From IMG/VR virus record IMGVR_UViG_3300042691_030776: a DNA stretch of 64,000 bases; one strand, given 5' to 3'. Under the pieces are notes generated by a model. That model did not search any database, had not been told where the DNA came from, and saw nothing but the letters and a program-made list of their open reading frames with translations. The stretch is from a virus. The translations under genes and the position numbers were made by a program. This document shows positions 36,701 through 43,780 of the stretch, piece after piece. Positions within the stretch are counted from its first letter, which is position 1; every line of letters starts with the position of its first letter.

Positions 36701-39337
36701 GACATCAATGTTGACGGTGGCGCATTTATTGACACTTACTCGAGCCATGCACCAGAAGAGCTGGTGCCCGGATCAACTTTTGACACACTAGATTTTAGAG
36801 TTTACACTCGTCCAGGTGCTGACTGGCAAGGTGACGGCCATGGATTCAACATCAAGCAGATCAATCTGTTGTATACCAGTACAGATGATACTGTGAGCTT
36901 CGCTGAAGTCATGGCACACGCAGTGGCAGTGCGGGCCGTAAACGTCACAAATCGTATATCGTTGGTTCCTGAAATAGATTATACTGTAGATTGGCCAACC
37001 CGCACATTGACCATATTGTCTGGTCCAGATACCAGCTTTGATGATATTATCGAAGTCAACGTCTATGGAGTAGGCGGCGGTAGCCAACTGTTCAAGGAAA
37101 GTTATCCAGGAAATGTTGTCGGAAACTCACTGACTATTCCTGTGATCACTGCTGTACCCTGGACAACATTTACAGTGTATCAACAAGGAAGCTATGTTCG
37201 TTTCAATGACAATGTATATCGTGTAAACAGAACTATCAACAGTGGATCGTCATTTGATTTCTTATTCTACACTATCATTGATGCTGACAGTGTTCTTGAA
37301 GAACTGTTAATTTTGGTCAACGGTGAAATCGTCAACAACTATACTTCAGCGCCAATCAACGGTTACGAAACTAGAATCACATTCAGCAATACCTATGATG
37401 CCACAGACTGGGTAGTTGTGACCGCATTGGGCCCAACAGATCCACAGAAATCTTGGAGCTTCCCTGTAACACAGTATGTTGTTTACGACGGTAGCACAAC
37501 GGATTACACCTTGGTCAACAGTTTGCAAGGAACTAATCCTATTGATTTAATCGTCGAAAGAGGAGGCCAGCGTTTGCGTCCTCCAGAAAGCATTGAATAC
37601 TTTGGTGATGGTAGTTCCATAGGACCTTTCTATCTGCCCACACGTGGCGGAACACCACAAGGGTTGATTGCAGACAATGATGTAGTAGTTTACATCGACG
37701 GTGTGTTGTACAACCTTTCTGTGGATTACACTGTAAGTCCTTGGGACGGCAGCAGTGATCGTTATGTAGAGTTTGCAACTCCTCCTGCACTGGGTTCAAC
37801 TATCAAGATCGCAGTGACCACAGATGCAGATTATTTGGTCAACGGAGACCAGTTGATATTGAGAGTTGGTGCAGCCACAGGTGCTGTGATTGCGGTGACA
37901 ACTTGGAACGATACTTCTGAACAAGGCTTGCTCACACAAGTATTCCAAGGACCTACACAGAGCGGTGTCAGTGTTGGTCAGCCCTATGATGACACAACAT
38001 TTGACGAAGGCAATGTCACTGGAGATCCAGGATCGTTTGACTATGGAACAGGTACTGTTGTATCAAGCAACGACTTTGATACAGGTCGTATAATCACAGA
38101 TTCGGGACGTCTATGGGTCACATTAGATGGCTGGCGCTTGGTCGCTGGCGAAGATTACACTGTATCTGGCAGTGTTGTGACCATTGGAGGCAGTATCATT
38201 GGTCCAGGACAAGTGGTGGCAATAACATCCTTTACACAAAGCGTGACACCAGAAGCCATCAGCTTCCGTATCTTCCAGGACATGTTGGGCAATCAACGCA
38301 TCTATCGTATCACACCAGAAAACAGCACTGTGCTGACACAGCCGCTGAGCGAAACTGACGACGTGATATATGTGTTCAATGCCAGCGATTTGAGTCAACC
38401 TAATCCTACCAATAACATTTTTGGCCAGCTCACAATCAACGGCGAAAGAATCACATATCGCAACAGAGACGTGATCAACAACACTGTTTCTGGTCTACGA
38501 CGCGGCACGGCTGGCACTGCGATAGATTCACACGCAGTGGGTAGCGTGGCCATAGACATTGGATTTGGTGAACTGTTGCCAGCACGTTATCAAAAGAAAA
38601 CATTGGCCAGTGTTGCCTTGGGCGATGGTGTCACACAAACTTACAACACAGATATTGGGTATGTCAACGATATTGATGTATACATAGGTGGGTCAGTGAG
38701 GTGTTATCTTGGACCCACGCTGGGCACCTTGGTCGAAATACCTCAAGAAGATTTCACGATCATCAGCGTAGATCCCATAACTGTGCAGTTGGATTTTATT
38801 CCTGAGCCCGGCTTGGTATTTCAGTTAGCCTATATACCAACTGTGGGATCGCCGTCAGTGCTCAACGTACCAACCACTGGTTCAACCAGCCGCTGGGCCG
38901 CACCATTCTCGGCCACAGACTTGGTGTTGCAATCCACCGATGATTATCAGATAACAAATCTCAACCCAATCACAGTAGAGTTTAACACTCCTGTGCCAGT
39001 CAAGCGTGTGGTGGTGATCAACGATCTAAACAGTGACACATTCTTTATCAGTCAAGTTGATGTTGCTACAACAACATTTATAACAGATATTTCTGTGACA
39101 AGACCAGTGCAGGTCAAAGTAGGCGGTACGACTGTGGCAGATACTACATATACAGTACCATCTGTCAACCCAATCACAGTGACGTTTGATACTGCTCCTG
39201 CCAACGGAGTAGAAGTAGAAATATACATCCAACAAGCACAAGTAATGTATGCTCAGGGCATTGACACAGCCAGCAATGGCCGCCCACTGCAAGAGCAACC
39301 TACCTTGGCTGCTTGGTTTATAGAAGGAAGGGTATAA
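24755..39337 (+). CDS. Giant (4860 aa) baseplate wedge/adhesin protein, gp7 position
   Basis: Follows gp6; FLPEIF N-terminus, KEVKPYHVKI wedge motif, FG-GAP-like repeats, CBM5/12-like modules, repeated G.DYTV beta modules. Confidence 0.7.
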   Translation: MANTRIRTVDFLPEIFRTATNRQFLSATLDQLVQDPKLKPTQGYIGRRVGPGVNPNDNYVLEPTKTRTDYQLEPGVVFLKPNTNTVETAVTYPGLIDSIKVKGGNVSRQDRLWESEYYSWDPFVDLDKFINFSQYYWLPGGPDSVDVFADPIPLTDDYTVTRNATNYEFSGVPGQNPTITLARQGTYEFNVQQTGHRFWIQAVPGISGTLPQTPNQSSREVLGVINNGDDNGTITFNVPEKSAQNFYYTLADAGSVSFATNIDFDQINNQYVSEFLRNYGGIDGVTDLDGRTVIFLGDSGWFFTGLYDSPGQPYDTVPFDETIEITLDSQKYSVWRITYVYDDPTNPYIKLTVDRPVNNLSRLLIEYGTQYSNISFYKTASGFFERIPLITANLDVLYYQDQDNPALFGLIRLVDNPNTAPIVVQDESIPSVRLINANINDTVLTFTTAIGGALLPGMVLSGGGVTDGTYLVSSLGDNTWLLNQTATGQPNVAQIVDIIGARYYTSPNGVVFSNGLKVQFQGPTVPASYSGNTYYVEGVGASIQLLPVENFITPETYTRSTTVPYDSTPYDATPFDDSLNAPLDTDYLTINRASQDQNAWSRSNRWFHVDIINATAEYNGTVPFLDNRYRAKRPIIEFIANLKLFDYGTEAIAPVNIIDFRETDALSNINGTIGYSVDGYAFANGTRVIFAADIDPEVRNKVYEVQFILPTGSGVPIIDLQPADLNSPDQLYGQNTIITSGITQQGKSFWYNGITWVPAQQKTGVNQAPLFDVFDGNGFSFSDRLVYPGTSFTGTKLFSYAIGEGVTDKVIGQPLKYLTINNVGDIVFDNNLYIDEFTYVEDTITVTEQIGTGFVRQYYSRLEFDKLIGWTTAYTTVTSRQGFSFTYTGDPLVIDVPVNTNSTAVPIKVFVDAIFLTTDNYTYEIKPNNSTVITFINPPPLNSSIEVSIVSDVASPTGFYSVPLNLENNPLNSQVTEVTLGTVRNYYGSICQNLRTFSGIINGQNNTRDLGNLIPYGDTIIQNSAPVTLTALFANNTQYDFFRALEFSAREYEKYKNLVMDAVVKNNFQNMTAAEILDDCMTIINFGKNELSPFYFTDTVPSGETFQETNYTVTPITGNTFDTLYSYNFTEANYRAILVYLNGRQLLGNGIEYTVATDGPRVTIDVPLQLGDVVTLKEYTLTVGNFVPSTPSKLGLYPAYVPEMFIDDTYVDPTPVIRGHDGSITVAYQDIRDEVLLEFEKRIYNNLKLVGNPVPLVYEDVSPGEFRRTDYTPEEITQIMSVSFLAWVGTNKLNYREQEYNANNQFTWNYSSCQSKLNGTELLGAWRGIYNYFYDTDAPNTRPWEMLGISEKPAWWEEQYGPAPYTSGNLVLWEDLEAGRVMDPAGSYIIEKYIRPGLTQVIPSDSEGALLSPFEVVVGEYAPNSFRKSWTVGDDGPVEASWQKSSAWPFAVMRLLALTKPAQFFTYFEDRDVYRFDPTLDEFVYAGRSRSKQSVELEIYGQGAAKHSYVNFIVDYNKLQGRDSTAEIAEALNWIDVRLCYRMAAFSDKQYIKIFTEKSSPNSLNTSLLLPDESYQILLYKNPTMDSLVWSSVVIQKTELGYAVYGYSTTRPYFEILTSIPNGNYRTITVADKSVRVLNDYSNTVVQIPYGYEFIGINSVADFLMSYGAFLTRQGMTFEDQDRGRILNWSQMVQEFMYWSQQGWAPGSLININPAANVLNVVKPGLVAEPLSTVAPEDILLNQNKEPLQSQDYVVERFENDLTLRGINNNTFSYLSAKFTEFEHIIIIDNTSVFNDLIYDPTTGARQSRLLFTGYTTYEWNGSLDAQGFILNQDNIQEWSPNRSYTKGQIVKYKDAYWSAVKIIPPSEKFDFEFWLKSDYAQIQKGLLPNAATKAEQIRGFYNTNQANLERDADLFAFGLIGFRPRRYMQNLNLDDISQVNLYSQFLGVKGTTQATDIFTKANLGKEVAEYEIFENWAIQRSIYGANANRSYYELRLNEADLLGNPSTIEIIEPQQFSEADQTVLVSEIWKQSYPITNTDILPTTFLNATDIQYPSAGYVNWDDADIKLFNFTDLDAIINDIENIYVGTSVWVAKDNAYDWNIYRNNLVLYSVAQVRDNLNGTCTIQFAGQHGLSANQKIVIKYFGQGVDGAYTVISTPSLTTITVALTLGGAVTQITGTGICFVLETMRVRQAADVSTLIYANSLLPGNRAWVDDDGTGHWVVYEKINPFTATPGIVPSEPVISSRFGAAISQGFGGLAALVGAPGYNGDVGAVYTFTKGGTVDYVETGVLTMGAANFVNYGAAVASGGNQWGAIGAGNSWAKQGYAATVNRNTNSGDFIQSQLLTEVPYRLYQVTSTGLATYTPTGVSLTNPDTVSIVVSDVVKVRGVDYNIIGSTVVFLPGKIPTAGLQVNIFNYDEYGYSVAISNDERWLYVGAPAGNRVYAYNRVDVQQQVKNFVGDGVTTDFYVADVIIVDDDSAAGGIGAQQIGVTVNDLPKTAGVDYDYTNGTVVFAAPPNGDDEIRVIRLQSKTFFPTTPTTTFPIEDLYTVTDIYSFSVYVNSVLQRPNMDYSFDSMTKTITFVLAGQTGTILVNSGTYWQYVDYIDGTALGAIASSRFGHSVSSTTDGRQIVIGAPNDTANSKLLAGKVYVIDRSVERFTVTSTSQTEYSTLRTFNGAPSVKVNATYLIPDGFNNNGQFTQVDSDTVDIQVPLNVGDVIEIDTNTFALVESAASEEPTAGANFGSVVQQCPTNCSLYIGQPNDSRIVPEGGSVERFINQARLYGSITSDNQNPTLTPSTTLNPQTVRIQQVDVEVSTPQSWNSAIGWPAGTFVISGLDIYQAIRTVPASISINDTSYWKPSSWVELFANDINLAAKPNSIGLVEVPNVQAIANNGYLTLTIRNSDAAVPFTQLTVLPGAGSAYYDLGFTPQVYAQTVEAPNQLAYAHFGASLSISDDSLTLVVGSPQGTAAKPTTFDNGTTFFDSKSTNFFDLLPESGVAYTYDLLSAANASVTNPSKFVFGAQIYDQDVNSLDNFGTAVSYFNGILLIGSPQDDLGDSVGDYGRISQLNNPTRLAAWDVIYRQKPIVDVKLINSVYMYDRLESKVTQFFDFIDPLQGKILGVARQNIDYIGAVDPAAYNVGTVNNYGDTWNDSHLGEIWWDLSTVRFIDYHQSTIAYESQRWSQVFPGSRVDVYQWIESPVPPAEYSGPGTVFSTTSFVVGSKLNNDGLFTSRYFFWVRGIPEVASRIGKTLSTQAISQYIENPRSSGIPYVAFLGPSTTAIYNGRPYIIAQDTIFHVEFDKIANDDNVHSEYDLIASNNPNSFLVPGLFRKMLDSFCGEDTLGNKVPDPTLSPADRYGVQFRPRQSFFVDRFLALQNYLERANAIMAQFSVSDSRPFNLLNSSEPEPTSASGEWNKRVLDYQELTFQDLSEVPPGYKYLVALDATNDGLWTIYTVVLSLDGIRKELLLSRVQNYDTRLYWEYINWVKPGYNASVKPVAEVTTFSELSRLTLPEGSSALVRRNSFGKFEIYQYLNGVWERVVLEDGTVRIKEEVWNYELGRFGFDVETFDSQRFDQYPAIETRQIIRAINEEILVDEWAIFRNELLLLTFDFILTEQLAPDWLFKTSLIDVNHKIRDLLPYQIFRTDNQDFVLDYIKEVKPYHVKIKEFNLRYDGFDSYDGNITDFDCPAYYDSALQEFEAPALDDSEPPKYSNSVPSTAAIWGEIPWQQWFENYKLLLTGATIIEAGTGYTVPPVVVVTGDAAREARLVARVNTAGQVVELIVLDPGSGYTTTPIITIEGGNGVGARAVAVLESQLVRTITTTLKYDRYNYTSQVVDWQPNTKYTEGQLVRFRDQVYSVNEVDDSVELDSGPIFNPAQYTLVDSATLDAADRVIGLYTPTPNEPGRELAQVMVGIDYPGVQVMGPNFNQNTGYDVGNFDVNPYDNIDYGPEGRPTYSESILDAIYESSFTDTYLGTRITDINVDGGAFIDTYSSHAPEELVPGSTFDTLDFRVYTRPGADWQGDGHGFNIKQINLLYTSTDDTVSFAEVMAHAVAVRAVNVTNRISLVPEIDYTVDWPTRTLTILSGPDTSFDDIIEVNVYGVGGGSQLFKESYPGNVVGNSLTIPVITAVPWTTFTVYQQGSYVRFNDNVYRVNRTINSGSSFDFLFYTIIDADSVLEELLILVNGEIVNNYTSAPINGYETRITFSNTYDATDWVVVTALGPTDPQKSWSFPVTQYVVYDGSTTDYTLVNSLQGTNPIDLIVERGGQRLRPPESIEYFGDGSSIGPFYLPTRGGTPQGLIADNDVVVYIDGVLYNLSVDYTVSPWDGSSDRYVEFATPPALGSTIKIAVTTDADYLVNGDQLILRVGAATGAVIAVTTWNDTSEQGLLTQVFQGPTQSGVSVGQPYDDTTFDEGNVTGDPGSFDYGTGTVVSSNDFDTGRIITDSGRLWVTLDGWRLVAGEDYTVSGSVVTIGGSIIGPGQVVAITSFTQSVTPEAISFRIFQDMLGNQRIYRITPENSTVLTQPLSETDDVIYVFNASDLSQPNPTNNIFGQLTINGERITYRNRDVINNTVSGLRRGTAGTAIDSHAVGSVAIDIGFGELLPARYQKKTLASVALGDGVTQTYNTDIGYVNDIDVYIGGSVRCYLGPTLGTLVEIPQEDFTIISVDPITVQLDFIPEPGLVFQLAYIPTVGSPSVLNVPTTGSTSRWAAPFSATDLVLQSTDDYQITNLNPITVEFNTPVPVKRVVVINDLNSDTFFISQVDVATTTFITDISVTRPVQVKVGGTTVADTTYTVPSVNPITVTFDTAPANGVEVEIYIQQAQVMYAQGIDTASNGRPLQEQPTLAAWFIEGRV

Positions 39338-39510
39338 TGGACGAGCTAAATAGTTCTATGAATGATAAATCCGCACAACAACCCAAAACCGATCCTGTGC
39401 AGAAGGCACCGCAGACTCGCCCTAACGAACGAGCTGGTTTCATGGTAATGGGCCATGTAAAAATCTTCGATCCAAATACCAAAGAAGTGATTGTGGAGAC
39501 ACGAGCATGA
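39337..39510 (+). CDS. Small structural protein (57 aa) sharing a motif with the next gene
   Basis: TAATG coupling upstream and ATGA overlap downstream; GHVKIFDPNTKEV motif. Alternative start at 39358 behind TAAATA. Confidence 0.65.
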   Translation: MDELNSSMNDKSAQQPKTDPVQKAPQTRPNERAGFMVMGHVKIFDPNTKEVIVETRA

Positions 39511-40109
39511 TGCAGGTACCAGTGAAAATCGAAGGTTTTGTCAAGATATTTGACCCAAATACCCTAGAAGTATTTGTGGACAAAAAGAATGCCATACACT
39601 ACGAAAACATTTCAATAAGCATGGCCAACAGCTTGGCCAACAAGGGAATCGGGCAAATCTACTTGATGAGTTTTGGCAATGGTGGAAGCTCTGTGGACCC
39701 CACAGGCGTGATCACTTACCTGCCCCCTAATACTACCGGTCAAAATGCTGACTTGTACAATCCTACCTACAGTAAAGTGGTTGATGATAACTCAGCAGCC
39801 AATACCGATCCCAGCAGAAACAATCTCACTGTGCTACACACCACGGGCACAGTTTATACAGATATTTTGGTAAGCTGTTTGTTAGACTACGGTGAACCCG
39901 CAGGACAGCAAGCATTTGATAACTCAACCAACTTCAATGGCGAATATGTTTTTGATGAGTTGGGTTTAAAAACCTGGAACGGAAGTCCGACTGATTTACG
40001 CTTGATTACACATGTGATTTTTCACCCTGTACAAAAGAGCTTGAACCGTCAGATTCAGATAGATTACACAGTGCGTATCCAAACACTGACTAATCTAAGT
40101 AGCACATAA
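39507..40109 (+). CDS. Baseplate/tail-fibre attachment structural protein
   Basis: KKNAIH...FGNGG...LDYGEP...FDELGL...THVIFHPVQKS.NR.I.I.Y; position between wedge and fibre genes. Confidence 0.55.
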   Translation: MMQVPVKIEGFVKIFDPNTLEVFVDKKNAIHYENISISMANSLANKGIGQIYLMSFGNGGSSVDPTGVITYLPPNTTGQNADLYNPTYSKVVDDNSAANTDPSRNNLTVLHTTGTVYTDILVSCLLDYGEPAGQQAFDNSTNFNGEYVFDELGLKTWNGSPTDLRLITHVIFHPVQKSLNRQIQIDYTVRIQTLTNLSST

Positions 40110-40137
40110 ATATGGATATATTAAGATATCATAAATA
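40107..40137 (+). promoter_or_regulatory. Tandem late promoter cores (TAAATA at 40107 and 40132)
   Basis: Two CATAAATAT copies upstream of the fibre gene, followed by GGAG RBS. Confidence 0.6.
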
Positions 40138-40159
40138 TCTCTAAAGCGGAGTAGAACAG

Positions 40160-41596
40160 ATGGCATATACAATCAACCTAACTGATGGTACTATTTTTGC
40201 GGTAATCGCGGACGGTACTATTAACACTGATTCCAGCATGACCCTGGTGGGCAAGAACTATGCTGGTTACGGTGAATTCTTGGATGAAAACTTCATCCAC
40301 TTGTTGGAAAACAGTGCTAATACCACTGCACCTGGCGACCCACTGATTGGTCAGCTGTGGTGGGACAAGACCAATGATGTTCTCAAGGTCTACACTGGTA
40401 CCAACTTCAAAGTTATTTCTACTGCGTTGGCCAGTGCATCTGCCCCAACACAGAGCTTGGTCACAGGTGACCTTTGGTACGACACTGTCAACGCTCAGCT
40501 CAAAGTCTTTAATGGTTCTGGCTTCATCCTAGTTGGTCCAGCGTTTACTGCTGGCACTGGAACATCCGGCGCCATTGTTGACACAGTCACAGATTCATCA
40601 CCAGGTGCAGATCACGTGGTGGTGAAAGTATTTGTCAACAACACCATCGTATCTATTTTCTCCAAGGACGCTACATTTACTCCTGCTGCCGCTTTGTCAG
40701 GATTTGCGACCATTGGCCCAGGTCTGAACATGAGCACCACAGTGGCTGGTGCAGTGTTCAACGGTACAGCAACCAACGCAGACAATCTTGATGGGTTGAC
40801 ATCGGGCCAGTTCATGCGTTCAGACACAAATACTTCAACCAGCGGTACGTTAAGCATACTCAACGACACTGGCCTGTATGTTGGTGGAGATTCAGACGGT
40901 CGTTTGTTTGTACAAGGTACAGATGTATATCTCCGTAATCAAACATTAGATGGTGACATCTACATCCAAGTCAACGACGGTGGGTCAACAACGTCACCAA
41001 TCGTGATTGACGGTGCCACCAGCAATGTTACAATCCTAAACGGACTCACAGTTGGCGGAACTATTTCGTCAACAGGCGGATCTGTAAACTTTGGCACAGC
41101 CGCTGTGTCATTGGGCAGTATTATCAACAACAATGCCAACGGAGTTGGCAACATTGGTAGCTCGAGCGGTTACTTTAACACTATATTTGCTAAAGCCACA
41201 TCAGCAGAATACGCTGACTTGGCAGAACGTTTTGAAGCAGATGCTGTGTATGCTCCAGGAACTGTTGTGATGCTTGGTGGTGAAAAAGAAATCACTGCCG
41301 CAATGGAAGAAGCCACAGACGACGTGTTTGGTGTTATTAGTACCAGACCAGCTTATACAATGAATGGTGCAGCCGGCGACGATGCCACACATCCTCCAAT
41401 CGCAATGACAGGCCGCGTGCCAGTGTTGGTCATTGGACCGGTTCGCAAAGGTGATCGCTTGATTAGCGCAGGTAACGGGTTGGCCAGGGCGGCTCGCCAG
41501 GGTGAAGCTACAGCGTTCAATGTCATAGGACGTGCCCTTACATCTAAGATTGCCAATGATGAAGGAACCGTTGAAGCCATTGTGACCATTAACTAA
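40160..41596 (+). CDS. Tail fibre protein with C-terminal intramolecular chaperone/autocleavage-like domain
   Basis: LVGKNYAGYGE..ENF..LLEN N-terminus, GQLWWD/GDLWYD repeats, YADLAERFEAD...PGTVV...GRVPV...VRKGDRL C-terminus. Confidence 0.75.
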   Translation: MAYTINLTDGTIFAVIADGTINTDSSMTLVGKNYAGYGEFLDENFIHLLENSANTTAPGDPLIGQLWWDKTNDVLKVYTGTNFKVISTALASASAPTQSLVTGDLWYDTVNAQLKVFNGSGFILVGPAFTAGTGTSGAIVDTVTDSSPGADHVVVKVFVNNTIVSIFSKDATFTPAAALSGFATIGPGLNMSTTVAGAVFNGTATNADNLDGLTSGQFMRSDTNTSTSGTLSILNDTGLYVGGDSDGRLFVQGTDVYLRNQTLDGDIYIQVNDGGSTTSPIVIDGATSNVTILNGLTVGGTISSTGGSVNFGTAAVSLGSIINNNANGVGNIGSSSGYFNTIFAKATSAEYADLAERFEADAVYAPGTVVMLGGEKEITAAMEEATDDVFGVISTRPAYTMNGAAGDDATHPPIAMTGRVPVLVIGPVRKGDRLISAGNGLARAARQGEATAFNVIGRALTSKIANDEGTVEAIVTIN

Positions 41597-41606
41597 GGAT
41601 TAAGAC

Positions 41607-42578
41607 ATGGCCTATTCAACCGGATCAGTAATATTAGACGACGACTATAACATCTTTGCCACGGGCAATGCCTCGGGCACTGGTGACAACAACGTCGCAA
41701 ACGTAAACACCGTGTGGGGCATCGGTAACGGTGACAAAGGATACGGTCAGACCACTCTTCCTGTGCTGAGTGCAGTCACAGCAGGTCAAACGGTGACAGC
41801 CACACAATGGTCCACAATGTTGGCTCGGATTTCTTCAGCAGCCACACACCAAAATTCAAGTATTACTCCAATTTCCAGCCCAGTAGCCGGTGACACTATT
41901 AGTGCTTACGCCGCACTGTCAACCAACATCACAACAATCTACAACAACAGATTGAACTGTGTTTCCAGTGGAACAAGTATTACTTCAGGCGGTAGTATAA
42001 GCAGAACAACCAGCTGGACCAGCAGTGTTTTATTCACACAAACTATCACATTTGCATCAGGCGACGCCGCACGTTATTATTTTAATGCAGGCGGCCGTAT
42101 TACACTAAGCTATAGCCGAACAGGTGGTAGTGTAAACTCGCAAAACACAGCTATCACAGATTTGTGTACAGCGGTAGGCACGATCACCATCACTGGTGGA
42201 TCCGGTACTGCTACAATCGCTGGCGGTTCGTTCACCGGAACCAACAAAACAGGTGGTTCGGGTTCACCAACCATTGCTAGTACAACAGGTTACTACGATC
42301 TGACCACTGCCAACGTCCAAGTGTTTACACAGAGTTCGAGTTCTTACTATGGTTACGAAGGCAACAGTTTGACAATCAACGTTAAGAGCAACGGCACTCA
42401 AGGTTCTAACGCAGACACAGGATCAGTGATTACAGTGTACACAAACATTGTCAAGTCTGGTGGATTGACCACCGTTGATGGTACGTTGAATTCAACCATG
42501 ACATTGATACCAAGCGAGTCAACCAATCTTACCACAGTGAGTTGGGGGACACCAACTATGAGTGGATCGCAGGCTTAA
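41607..42578 (+). CDS. Ser/Thr/Gly-rich virion structural protein (fibre-associated)
   Basis: Last gene of the late structural operon; GYGQ, ARYYFNAGG.I motifs; very high S/T content. Confidence 0.6.
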   Translation: MAYSTGSVILDDDYNIFATGNASGTGDNNVANVNTVWGIGNGDKGYGQTTLPVLSAVTAGQTVTATQWSTMLARISSAATHQNSSITPISSPVAGDTISAYAALSTNITTIYNNRLNCVSSGTSITSGGSISRTTSWTSSVLFTQTITFASGDAARYYFNAGGRITLSYSRTGGSVNSQNTAITDLCTAVGTITITGGSGTATIAGGSFTGTNKTGGSGSPTIASTTGYYDLTTANVQVFTQSSSSYYGYEGNSLTINVKSNGTQGSNADTGSVITVYTNIVKSGGLTTVDGTLNSTMTLIPSESTNLTTVSWGTPTMSGSQA

Positions 42579-42595
42579 TAGAGCAAATCGATTAG

Positions 42596-42625
42596 AAAAA
42601 AAGGGCCTCCGGGCCCTTTACTTTT
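42596..42625. terminator. Intrinsic, probably bidirectional, terminator
   Basis: aaagggcc-tccg-ggcccttt stem-loop (42600-42619) flanked by A-tract and T-rich tract. Confidence 0.8.
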
Positions 42626-42645
42626 GGTACATACTCTGTTATAAT
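42617..42645 (+). promoter_or_regulatory. Sigma70/early-type promoter TTTACT-17-TATAAT with extended TGn
   Basis: -35 42617-42622, TG 42637-42638, -10 42640-42645; heads the enzyme island. Confidence 0.68.
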
Positions 42646-42650
42646 GGAGT

Positions 42651-42962
42651 ATGACCTTGGACACTGAAAAACTCACACAAGAAATCAAGAGCCGTTTTGA
42701 TCACGCTACTCAAAAGAAGCTCTTAAAAGAGAAATATCAAAGCAAAATGACTTTTGCCTACAGCGGAGGCATGTGGTGTGCAGGAGCCGAACTGCTGACT
42801 TTGCTACAGGCCTGCCCCACTGAAGATGCTGTACTTTTAGATGTGTACGATACTCCAGTTCGAGTCAATGTGCTCGAGCTACAGCATCTAGCACATGATC
42901 GCTGGCAAGAACAACTCACGGCTTGGATGATAGAGCTAGAAACCCTGAGCAAAAATCGATGA
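42651..42962 (+). CDS. Hypothetical protein (103 aa)
   Basis: ORF directly behind promoter; ATGA overlap with next gene. Confidence 0.7.
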   Translation: MTLDTEKLTQEIKSRFDHATQKKLLKEKYQSKMTFAYSGGMWCAGAELLTLLQACPTEDAVLLDVYDTPVRVNVLELQHLAHDRWQEQLTAWMIELETLSKNR

Positions 42963-43780
42963 CTCGTGGTGCCGTATTATTCGCATTTAACAATGATCGC
43001 GTTGACTATGTGAGTCAGGCACAGTGGTCTGCACCTCGTATCACAAGACATCTTAGATTACCAGTTACCTTGATCACCGATCAAGCACCCAACGATGTGT
43101 CAATGTTTGATCAAGTAATCATACGTGAGAGTCGGTCAGGAGGAACACGCAAGTTTGATCATATGAATGCGGATTCTTCAGCCACCTGGTTCAACAGAGG
43201 ACGTTGTAGAGCATTCGATGTTAGCCCCTACGATGAAACATTGGTACTAGATACTGATTACATTGTAGCATCGGATAGACTGCGGATTTTGTTTGATTGC
43301 GAGCAAGATTTGTTATGTCATAGAGAAGTGCTAGACGTCACAGACCGTAGGAACTTTGCTAGAGATACTAGATTTGGAGAAACAGAGTTTCCAATGTGGT
43401 GGGCCACTGTGTTGTATTTCCGACGCACACACACCGCAGAATCTGTTTTCGATATGATGAACATGATCGAAGATAACTGGTACCACTATAGTCGTCTTTA
43501 CAAGTTCAATCAGGAACCTTATCGTAACGACTATGCCATCAGCATAGCACTCAACACAGTGTACGGACATTTACCAGCGGCAGTGCCTAGTATTCCGTGG
43601 CCGTTGTTCACAAGTTTTTATGATGTGTATCTGAACCAGCTGGAAGATGACGTGTTTCAACTCAACTATGTACGCATGGTGGACAATCAAGCACGACATT
43701 TCCGAATGCTACTGCGTGACTGTGACCTGCATGTGATGAACAAACCTGACTTGGGGAAAATCTGTGGCAGTAGAATTTGA
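42959..43780 (+). CDS. Glycosyltransferase, GT-A fold (GT8/mannosyltransferase-like)
   Basis: SPYDETLVLDTD (DxD); start reassigned to MTRGAVLFAFNN via ATGA overlap. Confidence 0.68.
   Translation: MTRGAVLFAFNNDRVDYVSQAQWSAPRITRHLRLPVTLITDQAPNDVSMFDQVIIRESRSGGTRKFDHMNADSSATWFNRGRCRAFDVSPYDETLVLDTDYIVASDRLRILFDCEQDLLCHREVLDVTDRRNFARDTRFGETEFPMWWATVLYFRRTHTAESVFDMMNMIEDNWYHYSRLYKFNQEPYRNDYAISIALNTVYGHLPAAVPSIPWPLFTSFYDVYLNQLEDDVFQLNYVRMVDNQARHFRMLLRDCDLHVMNKPDLGKICGSRI

Noticed and set aside
40160-42578. Diversity-generating retroelement or invertible fibre cassette
   Set aside because: No reverse transcriptase, invertase or template/variable repeat pair seen.
42690-42697. Additional AGCCGTTT copy
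   Set aside because: Inside a coding region and not followed by TAAATA at 10 nt.
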